NCBI GenBank assembly: GCA_964637245.1
Contig: CAZWVC010000001.1
Coordinates: 1-54,227 of the forward strand
Origin: an uncultured Desulfocapsaceae bacterium
Lineage (GTDB): Bacteria; Desulfobacterota; Desulfobulbia; Desulfobulbales; Desulfocapsaceae
Length of the DNA: 54,227 nucleotides
Direction: 5' to 3'
Shown here: piece after piece, positions 1-9,614 of the stretch
How the letters are laid out: each line of letters begins with the position of its first letter
How positions within the stretch are numbered: the stretch's first letter is position 1
The notes under the pieces: model-generated
The model's database searches: none
What the model saw: the letters and a program-made list of their open reading frames with translations, nothing else
What the model was told of the DNA's origin: nothing
Position numbers and translations under genes: made by a program

Positions 1-14
1 TTATTTTGCAGTTG

Positions 15-803
15 TCAGCTAAAATAATCACCAGGTACTGTTTCTATATATACAGGCCCATCATCGTCCTGTTCTTGATTACTCGTATCACTTTCATCTT
101 CGTTTATATCCTCAGTCTGATGAGGTTCTATGTCATAAACTCCAAGTATTGAGGCAAATGATACATCACCTGCGACTGTAGATAATTGACCACCGTAATC
201 ACCGGTAAGATCCACACCCGTTACTTCCGATTTGATCAAAGGTGCCGCCGCAACGCTTTCACCCTCCCCAGCTTTAACCGAGATCGCAAAGGTGTAGGAA
301 CCAGCTTCAGCTGGGTTTCCATCTGTATCCAAACCATCCCAAGTAAGAAAATGGTTTCCAGCCGTTAGCTCTGAGCCTTCAAGTACCGCTACTGTTGTAC
401 CATTTTTCTGAATGGTAATTTGTGCTTCAGTTACTGTTCCATCCAATTGATAACCAAGTTGGACCGCGCCTTCACCGTTGTATTCGAATTCACTACTTTG
501 GTACACTACCTCTTTACCAATGGTTTGCAGGGTAGCAAATTTATCTGAGTTTGCATTTGAAGTAACAAGGTTGTCCATCGAATCATTAAGATTAAATAAT
601 TGTTCAAGTGAACTGAACTGGGCAAGTTGAGCGGTAAACTCAGTTGGATCATCAGGATTGAGGGGATCTTGATTCTGAAGCTGCGCCACCAGAAGGGTGA
701 GGAAATCTTGTTTTCCCAAGATGTCCGCGGTACTGCTTTCACTACTACTGGATTTTGTAGCTGTAGTATTTACTGTCTCTGTAATTCCATCAAGATAGTT
801 CAT
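15..803 (-). CDS. flgD: Flagellar hook-capping protein FlgD
   Basis: Motif LGKQDFLTLLVAQLQNQDPLNP...QLAQFSSLEQL, FlgD Ig-like WDGLD...G.Y segment, directly after fliK. Confidence 0.95.
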   Translation of the reverse strand: MNYLDGITETVNTTATKSSSSESSTADILGKQDFLTLLVAQLQNQDPLNPDDPTEFTAQLAQFSSLEQLFNLNDSMDNLVTSNANSDKFATLQTIGKEVVYQSSEFEYNGEGAVQLGYQLDGTVTEAQITIQKNGTTVAVLEGSELTAGNHFLTWDGLDTDGNPAEAGSYTFAISVKAGEGESVAAAPLIKSEVTGVDLTGDYGGQLSTVAGDVSFASILGVYDIEPHQTEDINEDESDTSNQEQDDDGPVYIETVPGDYFS

Positions 804-813
804 AATAATAGCC

Positions 814-2541
814 TTAAACTTTTACATTTACCACTAAATCGGATTCGTTGTTTTCTACTTCGACAAATTCCTCTGAATCATTATCCACAGTAAAATTTTC
901 TTGCGAATTTTTAGTCTTTCGAGGAGATGATGAGTTTTCATCATTGGCAAGATGATCTTCAAAAAGATTATACTGAGACTCCAAATCACTATCTAAATTT
1001 ATTACGATCTCATCAACAGTTAAACCCTGCTGCTCCATCATCTCTTTCAATCTCGGCAGATTCTTTTCAAGTATTTCCTGAACTTGCTGATTCTGTGCTA
1101 GAATGCTAGCGTTGATTGACCCTTCTCTTAATTGGACGTTAATTTTAAGTTCACCCAATTCAGCCGGGTGGAGCTTCATTACGAGTTTTGAATCAAGAAG
1201 ATTCTGCGAAAGCCTCAACCTTTGCATCACCTGATTCAACACATTATCTTCTGAAAAATGTTGATTAAAAATGGGAAGACCAGGTTTCAGATGTTCAGCA
1301 ACTGAGAAAATAGTCTTATCTACTGTCTGTGCGCCTGGTAACTGAGATATTGTGTTTTGCCCTGCGATATCTCCAGTTTTGGCAGAAGTGTTAAACTGAT
1401 TTTGATTTTGTTGTTCATTATCAGGTTCAAATTGTTGCTGACCTGATAGTTGATCTGAAATTACGCTCTGCCGGCTAATTGATTTATCAATAAATTGACC
1501 TGCGATATCTTGGCGTAACTTGGGATTTTCATTTCGCAAAGATGTATTTTGATTATTTGTGGGTATTTGAGTTATTTCTGACAAAATTTTCTCAGTCGAC
1601 AGAGTTGGAGTTGCCGACAATGTGTCTCCCATAACCGGTTCTGCAATAGGAGATCCAACTCTTTGCATGATGACATGTGGTCTGCCTTCTCTTATTTGAC
1701 TAAAGGTCAAAGAATCCTCGTTTTGCAAGAAGGAAAGTTTATGACTATTTGATATTGTATATTTAGGCTGTGTGGATAATGAGATAGTAGCTTTAATTCC
1801 ATCATTGGCAGATTTAGGGTTTTGCTCGACTAACTCAGCTCTATGCGAATTACCGTTAATGAGACTGCTGAGCCTTTTCGGTGTAGAAGTATTTTCTGGT
1901 AAAATGGTGATGCTTTGAGATGCATAAGTAGGGGATTGTGTGTCAATATAAGTAGGAGACTGCAAATCATTTTTACCCCCTTTAGTCTCCGATATATTCA
2001 GGCGTTCAAGAGGTGCAAAAACTTGAGTCTTTTGAACATCAATATCGGTTTTTGTTACGTTGACATTGGCAAACCCCTCGAGGTGCTGGCCTAGTTGAGA
2101 TGTGAGGTTCTTGACCTCAGGGGTTGTGTCTATTAGCTCTTCTACATTTCCAGAAATGTGTTTTGAGAGAGACAGGTTGTTTTCCACAGGAGCCGAACTT
2201 ATTTCAATTCCGAGTTGCAAACCCTTTTCATCCATATGATCTATGATAAATTCACTATGCAGGGCATAGGTTAATTCCAGATTATCGTCATTCGTTCCAA
2301 TGCTCATTCCGGATTCTGTTGCAACTCCATCTGTATCAGTGTTTCTTCGATTAACAGAGTGGTTATTAGAGTCAGCAGGGTTCTTTTGATTTGGGTTTTT
2401 TATGATCTTGCTGTTCTGGGCAGATATCGCGTTGTTGAGGGTAGGGGCGAAGGAGGATTCATCAGATACTTGGTTGATAGAATTTGCATTTGGAGCTGGA
2501 GTGGCTTGTGGTTGTATCTGGGGGACGATGAATGCTTCCAT
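814..2541 (-). CDS. fliK: Flagellar hook-length control protein FliK
   Basis: Long low-complexity N-terminus, C-terminal LHPAELGELKI...LEKNLPRLKEMMEQQG domain, upstream of flgD. Confidence 0.9.
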   Translation of the reverse strand: MEAFIVPQIQPQATPAPNANSINQVSDESSFAPTLNNAISAQNSKIIKNPNQKNPADSNNHSVNRRNTDTDGVATESGMSIGTNDDNLELTYALHSEFIIDHMDEKGLQLGIEISSAPVENNLSLSKHISGNVEELIDTTPEVKNLTSQLGQHLEGFANVNVTKTDIDVQKTQVFAPLERLNISETKGGKNDLQSPTYIDTQSPTYASQSITILPENTSTPKRLSSLINGNSHRAELVEQNPKSANDGIKATISLSTQPKYTISNSHKLSFLQNEDSLTFSQIREGRPHVIMQRVGSPIAEPVMGDTLSATPTLSTEKILSEITQIPTNNQNTSLRNENPKLRQDIAGQFIDKSISRQSVISDQLSGQQQFEPDNEQQNQNQFNTSAKTGDIAGQNTISQLPGAQTVDKTIFSVAEHLKPGLPIFNQHFSEDNVLNQVMQRLRLSQNLLDSKLVMKLHPAELGELKINVQLREGSINASILAQNQQVQEILEKNLPRLKEMMEQQGLTVDEIVINLDSDLESQYNLFEDHLANDENSSSPRKTKNSQENFTVDNDSEEFVEVENNESDLVVNVKV

Positions 2542-2548
2542 AAAAATG

Positions 2549-3085
2549 TCACTCTAATTGAATGGTTGTAAATGTCGTGCTAAGTTCTGATGTTTTCTGT
2601 TTATCTAAGACGTTGAGAACTTTAGCGGCAGCCTTAGGTTTCATATTCGCCAGTAGATCCGTAGCCAACTGTGGATCCATGCTTGTCATCGCAAGTGCTG
2701 CTCTTCCTGGTACCATTTTTTCATAAATAGTGCTTAATTCCTTAATGCGTTTCTTTTCAATGCTGCTTTTCTCAGTTAAAAGATCTTCTATTCTTGTTTG
2801 AAGATTTTTTAGGTCTTCTAGTTTCTTATCTATTGCAGCAATTTTATTATCGACGGATGACTCAAGAGTCTTTAGCTCCTTTTCGCGTAAATCGATATCT
2901 TTTTCTCTCTGCACCAATCTATCTCTTTCTTTTTGTATTAAAGCGTATATCCTCCGTTCTTCTACCGAGGAGTATTCTTTTTTGTCGAGTTCTTCAGCAG
3001 ATATAGCCGTAAGTTGAGTTAGAACTGTTAATATAATTATTGGTAGAATAACTCTGACTATTCTGGGTAAAATATGTGTTCTCAT
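2549..3085 (-). CDS. MotE/FlbB-like flagellar protein (signal/TM, coiled coil, MgtE_N-like helical domain)
   Basis: Hydrophobic N-terminus, long coiled coil, IYEKM.P..AA..M..M.P.....LL.NMKPKAAAKVL motif, position between fliJ and fliK. Confidence 0.75.
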   Translation of the reverse strand: MRTHILPRIVRVILPIIILTVLTQLTAISAEELDKKEYSSVEERRIYALIQKERDRLVQREKDIDLREKELKTLESSVDNKIAAIDKKLEDLKNLQTRIEDLLTEKSSIEKKRIKELSTIYEKMVPGRAALAMTSMDPQLATDLLANMKPKAAAKVLNVLDKQKTSELSTTFTTIQLE

Positions 3086-3103
3086 AATAAATGTGATCTT
3101 TGG

Positions 3104-3553
3104 TTAGGAATTTTCACGCAGCTTCCTCTTATGAGAAAAAACTGCGACCTCATCAAGTTGCTTATTTTCATTTCTATTCTGATGTGTCCGCCATTGGGAG
3201 TCCTGTTTTTTCTTAAGTCGTTCAAGAATTTTTTTATTTTTACTTTTTTCAATGGCATCTAGTCTTTTCTTATTAACGGCCTCTAAAGCAGCCTCATATT
3301 CTTTACTGAGTTCCTTGCGCCTTGTTTTTAGCCAAGAAATTCGATGTTCATAACGCAGGAGATCTTCAATGTTTATTCCGGATGATTGCTGTGCCTTTGC
3401 GTCCACAATAATTGCATTGATTTCATTATCAACATTCTCAAGCTTTTGCTGCGCAGTTACCAACTTTACTTGTGCTTGACTCAACAATAAAGCAGCACTG
3501 TTTTCAACCTGTCGGCGATACTTAAGAACAGTCGTCAAAGAAAAAGGTTTCAT
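3104..3553 (-). CDS. fliJ: Flagellar export protein FliJ
   Basis: MKPFSLTTVLKYRRQVE start, coiled coil, ENKQLDEVA end, follows fliI. Confidence 0.9.
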   Translation of the reverse strand: MKPFSLTTVLKYRRQVENSAALLLSQAQVKLVTAQQKLENVDNEINAIIVDAKAQQSSGINIEDLLRYEHRISWLKTRRKELSKEYEAALEAVNKKRLDAIEKSKNKKILERLKKKQDSQWRTHQNRNENKQLDEVAVFSHKRKLRENS

Positions 3554-3572
3554 GATTCTTTGCTCTTAACTC

Positions 3573-4931
3573 TCAATCTTTGGTATCATTTTTTCTTCGA
3601 CCATATTTATTTGAGGGTTCGTCTTTTCTATCGCTTAGAACTGCTCCTAAATCTTCTTTGGTCTGGCTCAATGAAGTTGACTCATCAAATCGTTGCTGCA
3701 GAAAATTGTTTATCAGATCAATTTTGCTTATAGCGAAATCAATCTGCGGGTTTGAACCTCTGGCATAAGCTCCTATGTTAATGAGATCTTCAGCATCAGT
3801 ATAGGTTGCTAAAATACTCCGCGCTTTGCCTGATAATTCAAGATGCCTGGGAGTTACGATATCCCGCATAACTCTGCTTGTAGAATTGAGTACATCTATA
3901 GCTGGGTAATGGTTCCTGGCAGCAATATCCCGCGACAGAACTATATGACCATCTAAAATTGATCTTACCGAATCTGCAACGGGTTCTGTGAGATCATCAC
4001 CATCCACCAAGACTGTATAAAGTCCGGTAATTGATCCTTGCTGAGTAAATCTACCAGCTCGTTCCAGCAGGCGCGGAAGTGTGGCAAATACTGATGGAGT
4101 ATATCCCTTTGTAGTGGGTGGCTCGCCTACAGCCAGACCGATTTCACGCATTGCCATGGCAAATCTGGTAACGGAGTCCATCATCAAAAGTACATTTTTT
4201 CCCTGCTGACAAAAATATTCCGCAATGGTGGTCGCCACAAAGGCTCCGCGCATACGTAAAAGTGGACTTTGATCGGAGGTGACAACCACAATAATTGACC
4301 TTGCTAATCCTTCTTTACCTAGATCTCGTTCTATAAATTCCCGTACTTCTCTACCTCGCTCACCAATCAAGGCGATGACATTGATATCTGCACGAGCGTA
4401 TTTAGATATCATCCCCAAAAGTACGCTTTTGCCGATACCAGAACCAGCCATAATTCCCATTCTTTGCCCCATACCACAGGTCATTAGACCGTTGATGGCA
4501 CGAATTCCAAGATCCATCGGCTCGGAGATGTTTTTTCTCTCCATTGGACCCGGAGGATTAGCATATAAACTCATTTCTTCTGTGAGCACAGGATCTGGCA
4601 GACTGTCCTGAGGTGTTTCCATTGCATCAATTACTCTGCCTAGAAGATTGCTACCGACTTTAATCGTCGCTGAATTTTTGATAACTCTTATTCTGCTTCC
4701 TGGTCCAAGACCTCGGATCTCACCAAGCGGCATGAGCAACGCAAAGGAATCTCTAAAACCTACAACTTCGGCATAAATCTTTTTGTTGTTATCTATTGAA
4801 GTAATTTTACACAATGAGCCAACGGAAGAATTGGGGCAATATCCTTCAATGACCAAACCAACAATTTTTGTAACCTTACCATAAACCTTTATGGTTTCCA
4901 GGTCTTTCAGGGTATCGCAGGTCAAGGACAT
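3573..4931 (-). CDS. fliI: Flagellum-specific ATPase FliI
   Basis: Walker A AGSGIGKS, GERGRE, DSVTRFAMA, GEPPTTKGY, ILDGHIVL. Start set at ATG 4931 (TTG 4934 possible). Confidence 0.96.
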   Translation of the reverse strand: MSLTCDTLKDLETIKVYGKVTKIVGLVIEGYCPNSSVGSLCKITSIDNNKKIYAEVVGFRDSFALLMPLGEIRGLGPGSRIRVIKNSATIKVGSNLLGRVIDAMETPQDSLPDPVLTEEMSLYANPPGPMERKNISEPMDLGIRAINGLMTCGMGQRMGIMAGSGIGKSVLLGMISKYARADINVIALIGERGREVREFIERDLGKEGLARSIIVVVTSDQSPLLRMRGAFVATTIAEYFCQQGKNVLLMMDSVTRFAMAMREIGLAVGEPPTTKGYTPSVFATLPRLLERAGRFTQQGSITGLYTVLVDGDDLTEPVADSVRSILDGHIVLSRDIAARNHYPAIDVLNSTSRVMRDIVTPRHLELSGKARSILATYTDAEDLINIGAYARGSNPQIDFAISKIDLINNFLQQRFDESTSLSQTKEDLGAVLSDRKDEPSNKYGRRKNDTKD

Positions 4932-4968
4932 CAAGGTTCTCCAGAAAAGATTGTAGGATTAACCATGG

Positions 4969-5760
4969 TTACTTCTCATGTAACGCTTCCGATATAATTT
5001 CCAGCTGGCTCACCAAAGTGGCATCTACAGTACAATTGCTTGATTCGACAACACACCCACCGCTATCGATTGTGGAATCGGATTTCACGATGATATTTTC
5101 GAGACCACTGACGGAATTAATAAAATCAGCGGATTTTGTTTTTATTGTTATGTAATCATCTGGATTTACGGATATTATAAACTCATCTGATTTAACAGCT
5201 TGCTGAATTGCATCTTCGACAGTTCTAACTATTGTATCCTTTTGCAACGTAATAGAATGCCTGATGATTTTCTCGGCAATGAGAATAACGAGTTCACGCA
5301 TTTCACTCATGCTGTTTTTCAGAATGGTTTCCCTTATGGTATTTAACTGTTCACATACAGACTGCAAGGTCTTGACACTTACACCATAATCACTCTCCAT
5401 CCTCTCCAGCCCGGCTTGAACACCACTGTTGTAAGAGTCCTCAACGGCAGCATCCAATTCATCCTGGGTGTATTTATGGTCCAATTTTGCTTGTCCAGTT
5501 AAATCAGCAGGAGGTATGGTAACGCGAGGTTGCCCATCATCTTCTGAACTAATATCTGGAGCAGAAAAATCTGATTCGAAGGTTTTCGCGGCAACAGAGC
5601 CATGGGTAGCTTCTCCTTCATTTGACTGCTCAGGAGGATTTTTTTCTGCTTCGATACGTTTCACCAGCTGTCCCCATACCGGTTTATCATCTAGATCCTT
5701 GGAGATAATATTTTCGGGAACGAAGTCACCACTATTTTTTATTACCTTAGACAAACTCAT
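4969..5760 (-). CDS. fliH: Flagellar assembly protein FliH
   Basis: YNSGVQAG segment, VNPDD and GGCVVES...VDATL C-terminal motifs. Start moved to ATG 5760 after a GGAGG SD. Confidence 0.9.
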   Translation of the reverse strand: MSLSKVIKNSGDFVPENIISKDLDDKPVWGQLVKRIEAEKNPPEQSNEGEATHGSVAAKTFESDFSAPDISSEDDGQPRVTIPPADLTGQAKLDHKYTQDELDAAVEDSYNSGVQAGLERMESDYGVSVKTLQSVCEQLNTIRETILKNSMSEMRELVILIAEKIIRHSITLQKDTIVRTVEDAIQQAVKSDEFIISVNPDDYITIKTKSADFINSVSGLENIIVKSDSTIDSGGCVVESSNCTVDATLVSQLEIISEALHEK

Positions 5761-6748
5761 CACCTCCAGCTTTGTTAAGGACAAGTTTACCTTCCTCTTC
5801 GAGCTTCATTGCTATTTTAACAATGGATTGCTGCATTGCCTCAACCTCTGAAAGCCTGACCGGTCCCATTGCATCGAGGTCATCACGAATCATATCAGCA
5901 GCTCTACTTGACATATTGGCAAATATTTTTTCGCGCATCTCTTCAGAGGCAGTTTTTAGAGCCATTGTCAAAGAGTCGTTGTTCACTTCTCTAAGTATCA
6001 TCTGCAATGATCTGCCATCTAGACTTATAAGATTTTCAAAGGTGAACATCAGTTTGCGGATTTCCTCTGCCATTTCAATGTCAGTCTCTTCAATATTCTC
6101 GAGGATATCTGCATCTAAATTATTTTGCATATGTCCGAGCAGGTCTACGACTTTGTTGATGCCACCGACTTGTTTTTGCTCGCGACCGATACTTCTACCT
6201 AATTCCTTGTTCAACGCCTCCTCAATACCAGTTATCACTTCAGGAGAAACTTTTTCAATTTTAGCTATCCTATAAACAACATCAGCTTGCATTTCTTCCG
6301 GTAAGCAGGCAAGGATATCGCTGGCATGTTGCACGTGTTGGGTTGAGAGAATTAATGCAATGGTTTGGGGATGTTCTTTTTCCAGCAGACTTGCAACCAT
6401 ACGGGGTTGCATCATCGAGATTGTTTCCAGAGGGTTTGACTCTTCACCAGAGATGAACTGATCGAGGAGAGCTGCTGCACGATCAGATTCAGTTTTCGCC
6501 AAGGCCATTTTGGCAAAATCACTTCCTTTAACAAACAGCCCAGCATAATCGTTTTGTGCATCAACAAAACTATCGAGCACTTTTTGCTTAATATCACTGG
6601 GAATATGCTCGATTGATGCCATGGCTTTGGTTACTCTGCGTATTTCATCATCTGAGAATTCCTGAAATATTTTGGCTGTAGCATCCTCACCCAGGCACAT
6701 GAGGACTATTGCCGCTTTCTTTACATTGTTTAGGCTCTCTGCACTCAT
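5747..6748 (-). CDS. fliG: Flagellar motor switch protein FliG
   Basis: KAAIVL..LGE, EHPQTIALIL, MFTFENL, NMSSRAA, GPVRLSEVEAMQ motifs. Confidence 0.97.
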   Translation of the reverse strand: MSAESLNNVKKAAIVLMCLGEDATAKIFQEFSDDEIRRVTKAMASIEHIPSDIKQKVLDSFVDAQNDYAGLFVKGSDFAKMALAKTESDRAAALLDQFISGEESNPLETISMMQPRMVASLLEKEHPQTIALILSTQHVQHASDILACLPEEMQADVVYRIAKIEKVSPEVITGIEEALNKELGRSIGREQKQVGGINKVVDLLGHMQNNLDADILENIEETDIEMAEEIRKLMFTFENLISLDGRSLQMILREVNNDSLTMALKTASEEMREKIFANMSSRAADMIRDDLDAMGPVRLSEVEAMQQSIVKIAMKLEEEGKLVLNKAGGDEFV

Positions 6749-6751
6749 GGT

Positions 6752-8380
6752 TTATGTTTCCTGCAACCAGTTTTTTATTATATGTGCTGATGGAGTTGGG
6801 TCTTGCATTACTTCTCTTCGCAAAACTGTAATAGGATCTTCTAATATAACTTCATTTTTTTTCTGCTGCTCAATGGCCAATGCCTGTTCAGAAGCTAAGC
6901 GTTCCTGTTCCAACGCTTCGACGGTTTTAAAGTGCTGCTGAACTTCTCCTTTCATAGTTTTAATGACTGGTCTTATCAGGACAAAGTAGAGGAGCAATAG
7001 ACCAATGGCAATGAGAGCTATCTTGGCAAATGGTAAATATTCATAAAGCATATTACCTGGCATTGCCTCTTGGGTTGCGGCATCCTCTGTTGATTTGGTG
7101 AAAGGCATAGATATAACATTAATTTGATCTCCCCGATCAGGCACAAGCCCGAGTGCTGCAGATACCATTGTTTCAAGTGATTTGAGTTCTTCTGGTGTCC
7201 GAGGAGATATTGTTGTTGGGCTATTTTCATTTCCTGGTGTCACCTTGTCGGCGACAAGGATCGAGACTGATAATTTCTGAATAGTACCAACGGGATTGAC
7301 AATTTTGCTGATAGTTTTGCTTATTTCATAATTTGTTGTGCGTGAAGTTCTGCTTGAAGCATTGTCAGGACCCTCTGTTTCGCTAGTTCCTTGAAGATTG
7401 GACTGCACTCCTGGGATTCCCCCGGTTGAAGGTACACCACTTTGTTCTTGGTTGAGTTGTTCACTGCGTATCACAGGTTCTTCAGCATCAAAAAGTTCTT
7501 CCGTTTTTTCAACTTTGGAAAAATCAAGTGATGCGCTGACTCTAACCATTGCTTTGTCGTTTCCCATGGTTTTATCGAGCAAAGCTTGTGCACGCATCTC
7601 AAGTCTGCGTTCAACCTCCTGTTGGAAACTCAGCATATCAATAGATACGAATTTGTCGTTTTCCTCTTGCCTGCCAGAATCCAGAACCACACCATTTTGA
7701 TCAATAACCGAGATGTTTTCGGTTTCAAGACCACTAACCGATCCAGATATAAGATGGATAATTCCCTGCACCTGTTTTTGATCAAGAATTTTACCGGTGG
7801 CAAGAGAAAGAATGACAGAAGCTGTGGCTTGTTTTTGTTGATTCTTGAATAACCTTTTTTCTGGCAAAGCTAAATGCACACGAGCACTGTTCACAGGATC
7901 CAGTGAAGCAATGGTTCTCGCCAACTCACCCTGCAATGCCCTGGTATAGTTTACTTTCTGAACATAATCTGTAAGAGCAAAACTCTGCTTGTCAAAAACC
8001 TCAAATCCAACTCCCCCCCCAGTTGGGAGACCATTGGCTGCGAGGTTTAAACGGGTTTCATGAAGCTGTTTAGCTGGTACCCAAATGTTACGCCCATTGT
8101 TTTTCAATTTATAGGGTATCTTCTCTGCCTTGAGCCAGGCAACAACGGGGGCAGCATCATTTTCACCTAAGTTAGCATAGAGTAGCTGGTAATCAGCGGT
8201 TCTTCCCTGAAAGATAAGAATGCCGAAAAGCACTATGGAAATGACAATGACACCTGCAAACGCAAGTTTGCGACTCAACGGCCACTCCTTTATCAAGGTG
8301 AATATAGATTTTTTCTTTGTTGGAATATCAACAGCTGCAGGAATTGTTGAACCTTCAACAGGTAATGTCTCTTCGGCCAT
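6752..8380 (-). CDS. fliF: Flagellar MS-ring protein FliF
   Basis: Two TM segments, GFEVFD, RALQGELARTI, ARVHLALPE..LF, TTNYEISK. Confidence 0.97.
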   Translation of the reverse strand: MAEETLPVEGSTIPAAVDIPTKKKSIFTLIKEWPLSRKLAFAGVIVISIVLFGILIFQGRTADYQLLYANLGENDAAPVVAWLKAEKIPYKLKNNGRNIWVPAKQLHETRLNLAANGLPTGGGVGFEVFDKQSFALTDYVQKVNYTRALQGELARTIASLDPVNSARVHLALPEKRLFKNQQKQATASVILSLATGKILDQKQVQGIIHLISGSVSGLETENISVIDQNGVVLDSGRQEENDKFVSIDMLSFQQEVERRLEMRAQALLDKTMGNDKAMVRVSASLDFSKVEKTEELFDAEEPVIRSEQLNQEQSGVPSTGGIPGVQSNLQGTSETEGPDNASSRTSRTTNYEISKTISKIVNPVGTIQKLSVSILVADKVTPGNENSPTTISPRTPEELKSLETMVSAALGLVPDRGDQINVISMPFTKSTEDAATQEAMPGNMLYEYLPFAKIALIAIGLLLLYFVLIRPVIKTMKGEVQQHFKTVEALEQERLASEQALAIEQQKKNEVILEDPITVLRREVMQDPTPSAHIIKNWLQET

Positions 8381-8404
8381 GAAATACGTTCCTTTATAAC
8401 AAAA

Positions 8405-8704
8405 TTAGATTTGCATTTTCATTATTTCATTATACGCTTCAAGAGCTTTATTGCGCATCTGTACTAACATACGAATCGCAATATCCGCCTCTTCTGTGGC
8501 AATCATCACTTCGTGGAGATTTTTTGCCTCACCCGTGTGTAACTTTTTAATAGCCATGTCACCATTGTGGTCTGCTTTGTTAACCTCAGCTATTGTAGAA
8601 CTTAATAATTGACCAAAGCCCTGGCTTGCCTGAGCGACTTCAGCTCCGCTGGTTTTAGGTAATATTAAAGGAATATTGCTACCCGTTATAGGTGTCGTTG
8701 CCAT
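8405..8704 (-). CDS. fliE: Hook-basal body protein FliE
   Basis: LHEVMIA.EEA......VQMRNKALEAYNEIMKMQI. Confidence 0.96.
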   Translation of the reverse strand: MATTPITGSNIPLILPKTSGAEVAQASQGFGQLLSSTIAEVNKADHNGDMAIKKLHTGEAKNLHEVMIATEEADIAIRMLVQMRNKALEAYNEIMKMQI

Positions 8705-8707
8705 TTC

Positions 8708-9139
8708 TTATCTCCCAATCTCAAGGGCTTTTAGAGCCATCCTTTTGGCTGACTTTATAGTTGTAGTGTTAGCCTCAAATGATCTGGTTGCAGACATCAT
8801 GTCAACCATCTCTTCAAGGACGTTTACATTAGGCATAGCAACATATCCTTCTTCATTGGCATCTGGATGGTTTGGTTTGTACACCAACTTAGGGGGTTCT
8901 GGATCCTCTAATATCTCGGTTACCTTGACTCCTTGGATTGTGCTTTTCAAATTGGCATCAAGGTGGTCTTTAAATGAGAGAGGATTAGACTCAAAATATA
9001 CAGATTTTCTTTTATAGGGCCCACCTTCTGGTGTTGTTGTAGTTTCTACATTTGCGATATTTGAACTGATAGTGTTAAGACGTATCCTGTTAGCCTGGAG
9101 TGCTGAGGCGCCTATTTTCATCGATGTAAATATATCCAT
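8708..9139 (-). CDS. flgC: Basal-body rod protein FlgC
   Basis: SSNIANVETT, GPYKRK, YKPNHPDA..GYV.MPNVN. Confidence 0.97.
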   Translation of the reverse strand: MDIFTSMKIGASALQANRIRLNTISSNIANVETTTTPEGGPYKRKSVYFESNPLSFKDHLDANLKSTIQGVKVTEILEDPEPPKLVYKPNHPDANEEGYVAMPNVNVLEEMVDMMSATRSFEANTTTIKSAKRMALKALEIGR

Positions 9140-9158
9140 ATTTTTCTCCTAAAGACCT

Positions 9159-9572
9159 TTACTGGCCTCCGCTGATTACATATTTGCGAATTCCTAGTTT
9201 CTTTTTCAATAGTTGAGCTGCAGTTTCATAAAGAAGCTCGTTTTCTGAGAGGGCTAGCATCTCTTGATCAAGGCTGACCCCATTCTGATCTCCTATTTTG
9301 GTTGTGTCTTTTTCGACAACAACACGGCCACGAACATTTTCTATTGTGGAGGGTAGTATAGGCAAATGAGTTTGATGCGTAGTCTTGAGTGTGAATGATC
9401 CCTGCGCGACAGCATTCTTTAGCTCTTCTTCAAAGCGAAATTTTGCTGGCGAATATCCTGGAGTTTCGCTGTTTGCAATGTTTGAAGCAATTACCTTTTC
9501 CTTTTCTGCGCGCAGATCGAGCACCTTGCTTAACAGTTCGATGTTTTGATCAGTAGTAGAATGTATCTTCAT
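9159..9572 (-). CDS. flgB: Basal-body rod protein FlgB
   Basis: IASNIANSETPGY, DQNGVSLDQEM. Confidence 0.95.
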   Translation of the reverse strand: MKIHSTTDQNIELLSKVLDLRAEKEKVIASNIANSETPGYSPAKFRFEEELKNAVAQGSFTLKTTHQTHLPILPSTIENVRGRVVVEKDTTKIGDQNGVSLDQEMLALSENELLYETAAQLLKKKLGIRKYVISGGQ

Positions 9573-9614
9573 GTATAAACCTAGTTCAAAAACTTATCTG
9601 TGTTGATTTCAGGA

